The translations under genes were made by a program, and so were the position numbers. From Squalus acanthias (lineage: Eukaryota): DNA of 64,000 nt. Each line of letters opens with the position of its first letter. Within the stretch, counting starts at the first letter, position 1. Of this stretch, positions 62,869-64,000 are shown in pieces. The notes under the pieces are model-generated. The model saw only the letters and a list, made by a program, of their open reading frames with translations. It was not told the origin of the DNA and made no database searches. The DNA lies in NCBI GenBank assembly GCA_030390025.1, contig JASTWF010000036.1, positions 992,001 to 1,056,000 on the forward strand, read 5' to 3'.

Positions 62869-63574
62869 GGAAGGTAACCAGCATGATCGAAAAGAGAAGA
62901 CCAGATAAATCAGGAAGTAGTGGTTGGACCCTGCAAGTTTAGGGTCTTGCCATCCATATTCTCTTGGGTACAGTGGTGCTGGTCTGGCCTGAAAGTGTTT
63001 AGGAGTGTGCCCAATAGCTAATTTTATAATAGTAGGCAACTGAAAGGATGATCTTATAATAGATTGTTCAGGGTATGGATGAAGTTAACCCAGAATATTA
63101 CTTTAAACTAAACTGCAGGAGTAGAACTAGAGGGCAAAGTTCAAACTAAAACATTAGGACTGATACAAGAAGTGATGAACATGTAGAATAAACTACCAGG
63201 CCAAAACCTTGGAATTATTTAAGAAACCATTGGATGCCCCAAAGAGGAGGTCATTTGGATCTCTCTCTGGATCGATGAATCAAGATGGGCCGAATGGCCT
63301 GCCTTGGCTGTAATGATTTTAGTGTGATCTAAATTGGATATTTACATCTTTTTTGCACGGGTGGTTCTTCAGTCTCTTTGAAGACAATCCCCAATGCTGG
63401 CCAGAGAAAACACTTGGTGAGATGTGGCCAGATACGAATTATTACACTGTTTTATTTCACTGTATGTGAACACAGAGCGCACCTCGGTTGTGGTCGCATT
63501 TACTGATTTCAATCAGTACAACTTTATGCACTAAACAAATATAATGAAGATGCTACACATGTGGGTTACCCAGC

Positions 63575-64000
63575 TTAGAATCATCGAATCATAGAATGGT
63601 TACAGCACAGAAGGAGGCCATTCAGCCCGTCGAGCCCGTGCCGGCTCTCTGCAAGACCACTTCAGCTAGTCCCACTCCCCCGACCTTTCCCCGTAGCCCT
63701 GCAATTTTTTTTCCTTCAGGTACTTATCCAATTCCCTTTTGGAGGCCACGATTGAGTCTGCCTCCACCACCCTTTCAGGCAGTGCATTCCAGATCATAAC
63801 CACTCGCTGTGTAAAAAAGTTTTTCCTCATGTCGCCTTTGGTCCTTCTGCCAATCACCTTAAATCTGTGTCCTCTGGTTCTCGACCCTTCCGCCAATGGG
63901 AACAGTTTCTCTCGATCTCGTCTGTCTAGACCCCTCATGATTTTGAACACCTCTATCAAATCTCCTCTCAACCTTCTCTGCTCTAAGGAGAACAACCCCA
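63575..64000 (-). mobile_element. CR1 LINE 3' end (runs off the window)
   Basis: FSLEQRRLRGDLIEVFKIMRG...NFFTQRVVMIWNALP. Confidence 0.9.

Noticed and set aside
23751..64000. Further ASIC exons (VFTRYGKCYTFN exon or an ASIC1b-type alternative first exon)
   Set aside because: No such peptide in the ORF track or by eye. A short exon could have been missed.

Overview
Eukaryotic genomic DNA, almost certainly from a shark or other cartilaginous fish. The evidence is the repeat content: a HE1/V-SINE, SacSINE1-type DeuSINEs, CR1/HER1-like and L2 LINEs. The only host protein-coding sequence I can support is the first coding exon of an acid-sensing ion channel of the ASIC1a/1c type (+ strand, 23193-23750, 186 codons, GT donor). 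I see no later exon, so the remaining ~40 kb is probably intron 1. Everything else is a dense, often nested set of transposable elements. Highlights: (1) a ~3.3-kb CR1-like LINE (29545-32828, -) that begins with a tRNA/MetaSINE head instead of ORF1 and has no TTTT run on its sense strand, suggesting a Pol III-compatible autonomous retrotransposon with SINE deletion derivatives nearby; (2) three TSD-flanked hairpin Penelope-like insertions with a minimal hammerhead motif on each strand, plus a GIY-YIG remnant linking them to a parent element; (3) a TIR/TSD-bounded Harbinger carrying only a spliced Myb/SANT-coiled-coil-AT-hook gene, nested in a solo LTR that is nested in a DeuSINE; (4) LF-SINE-like relics, one of which appears to have seeded a 67-bp minisatellite. 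All family names come from my recognition of the sequence, not from database searches. Boundaries of degenerate repeats are approximate.
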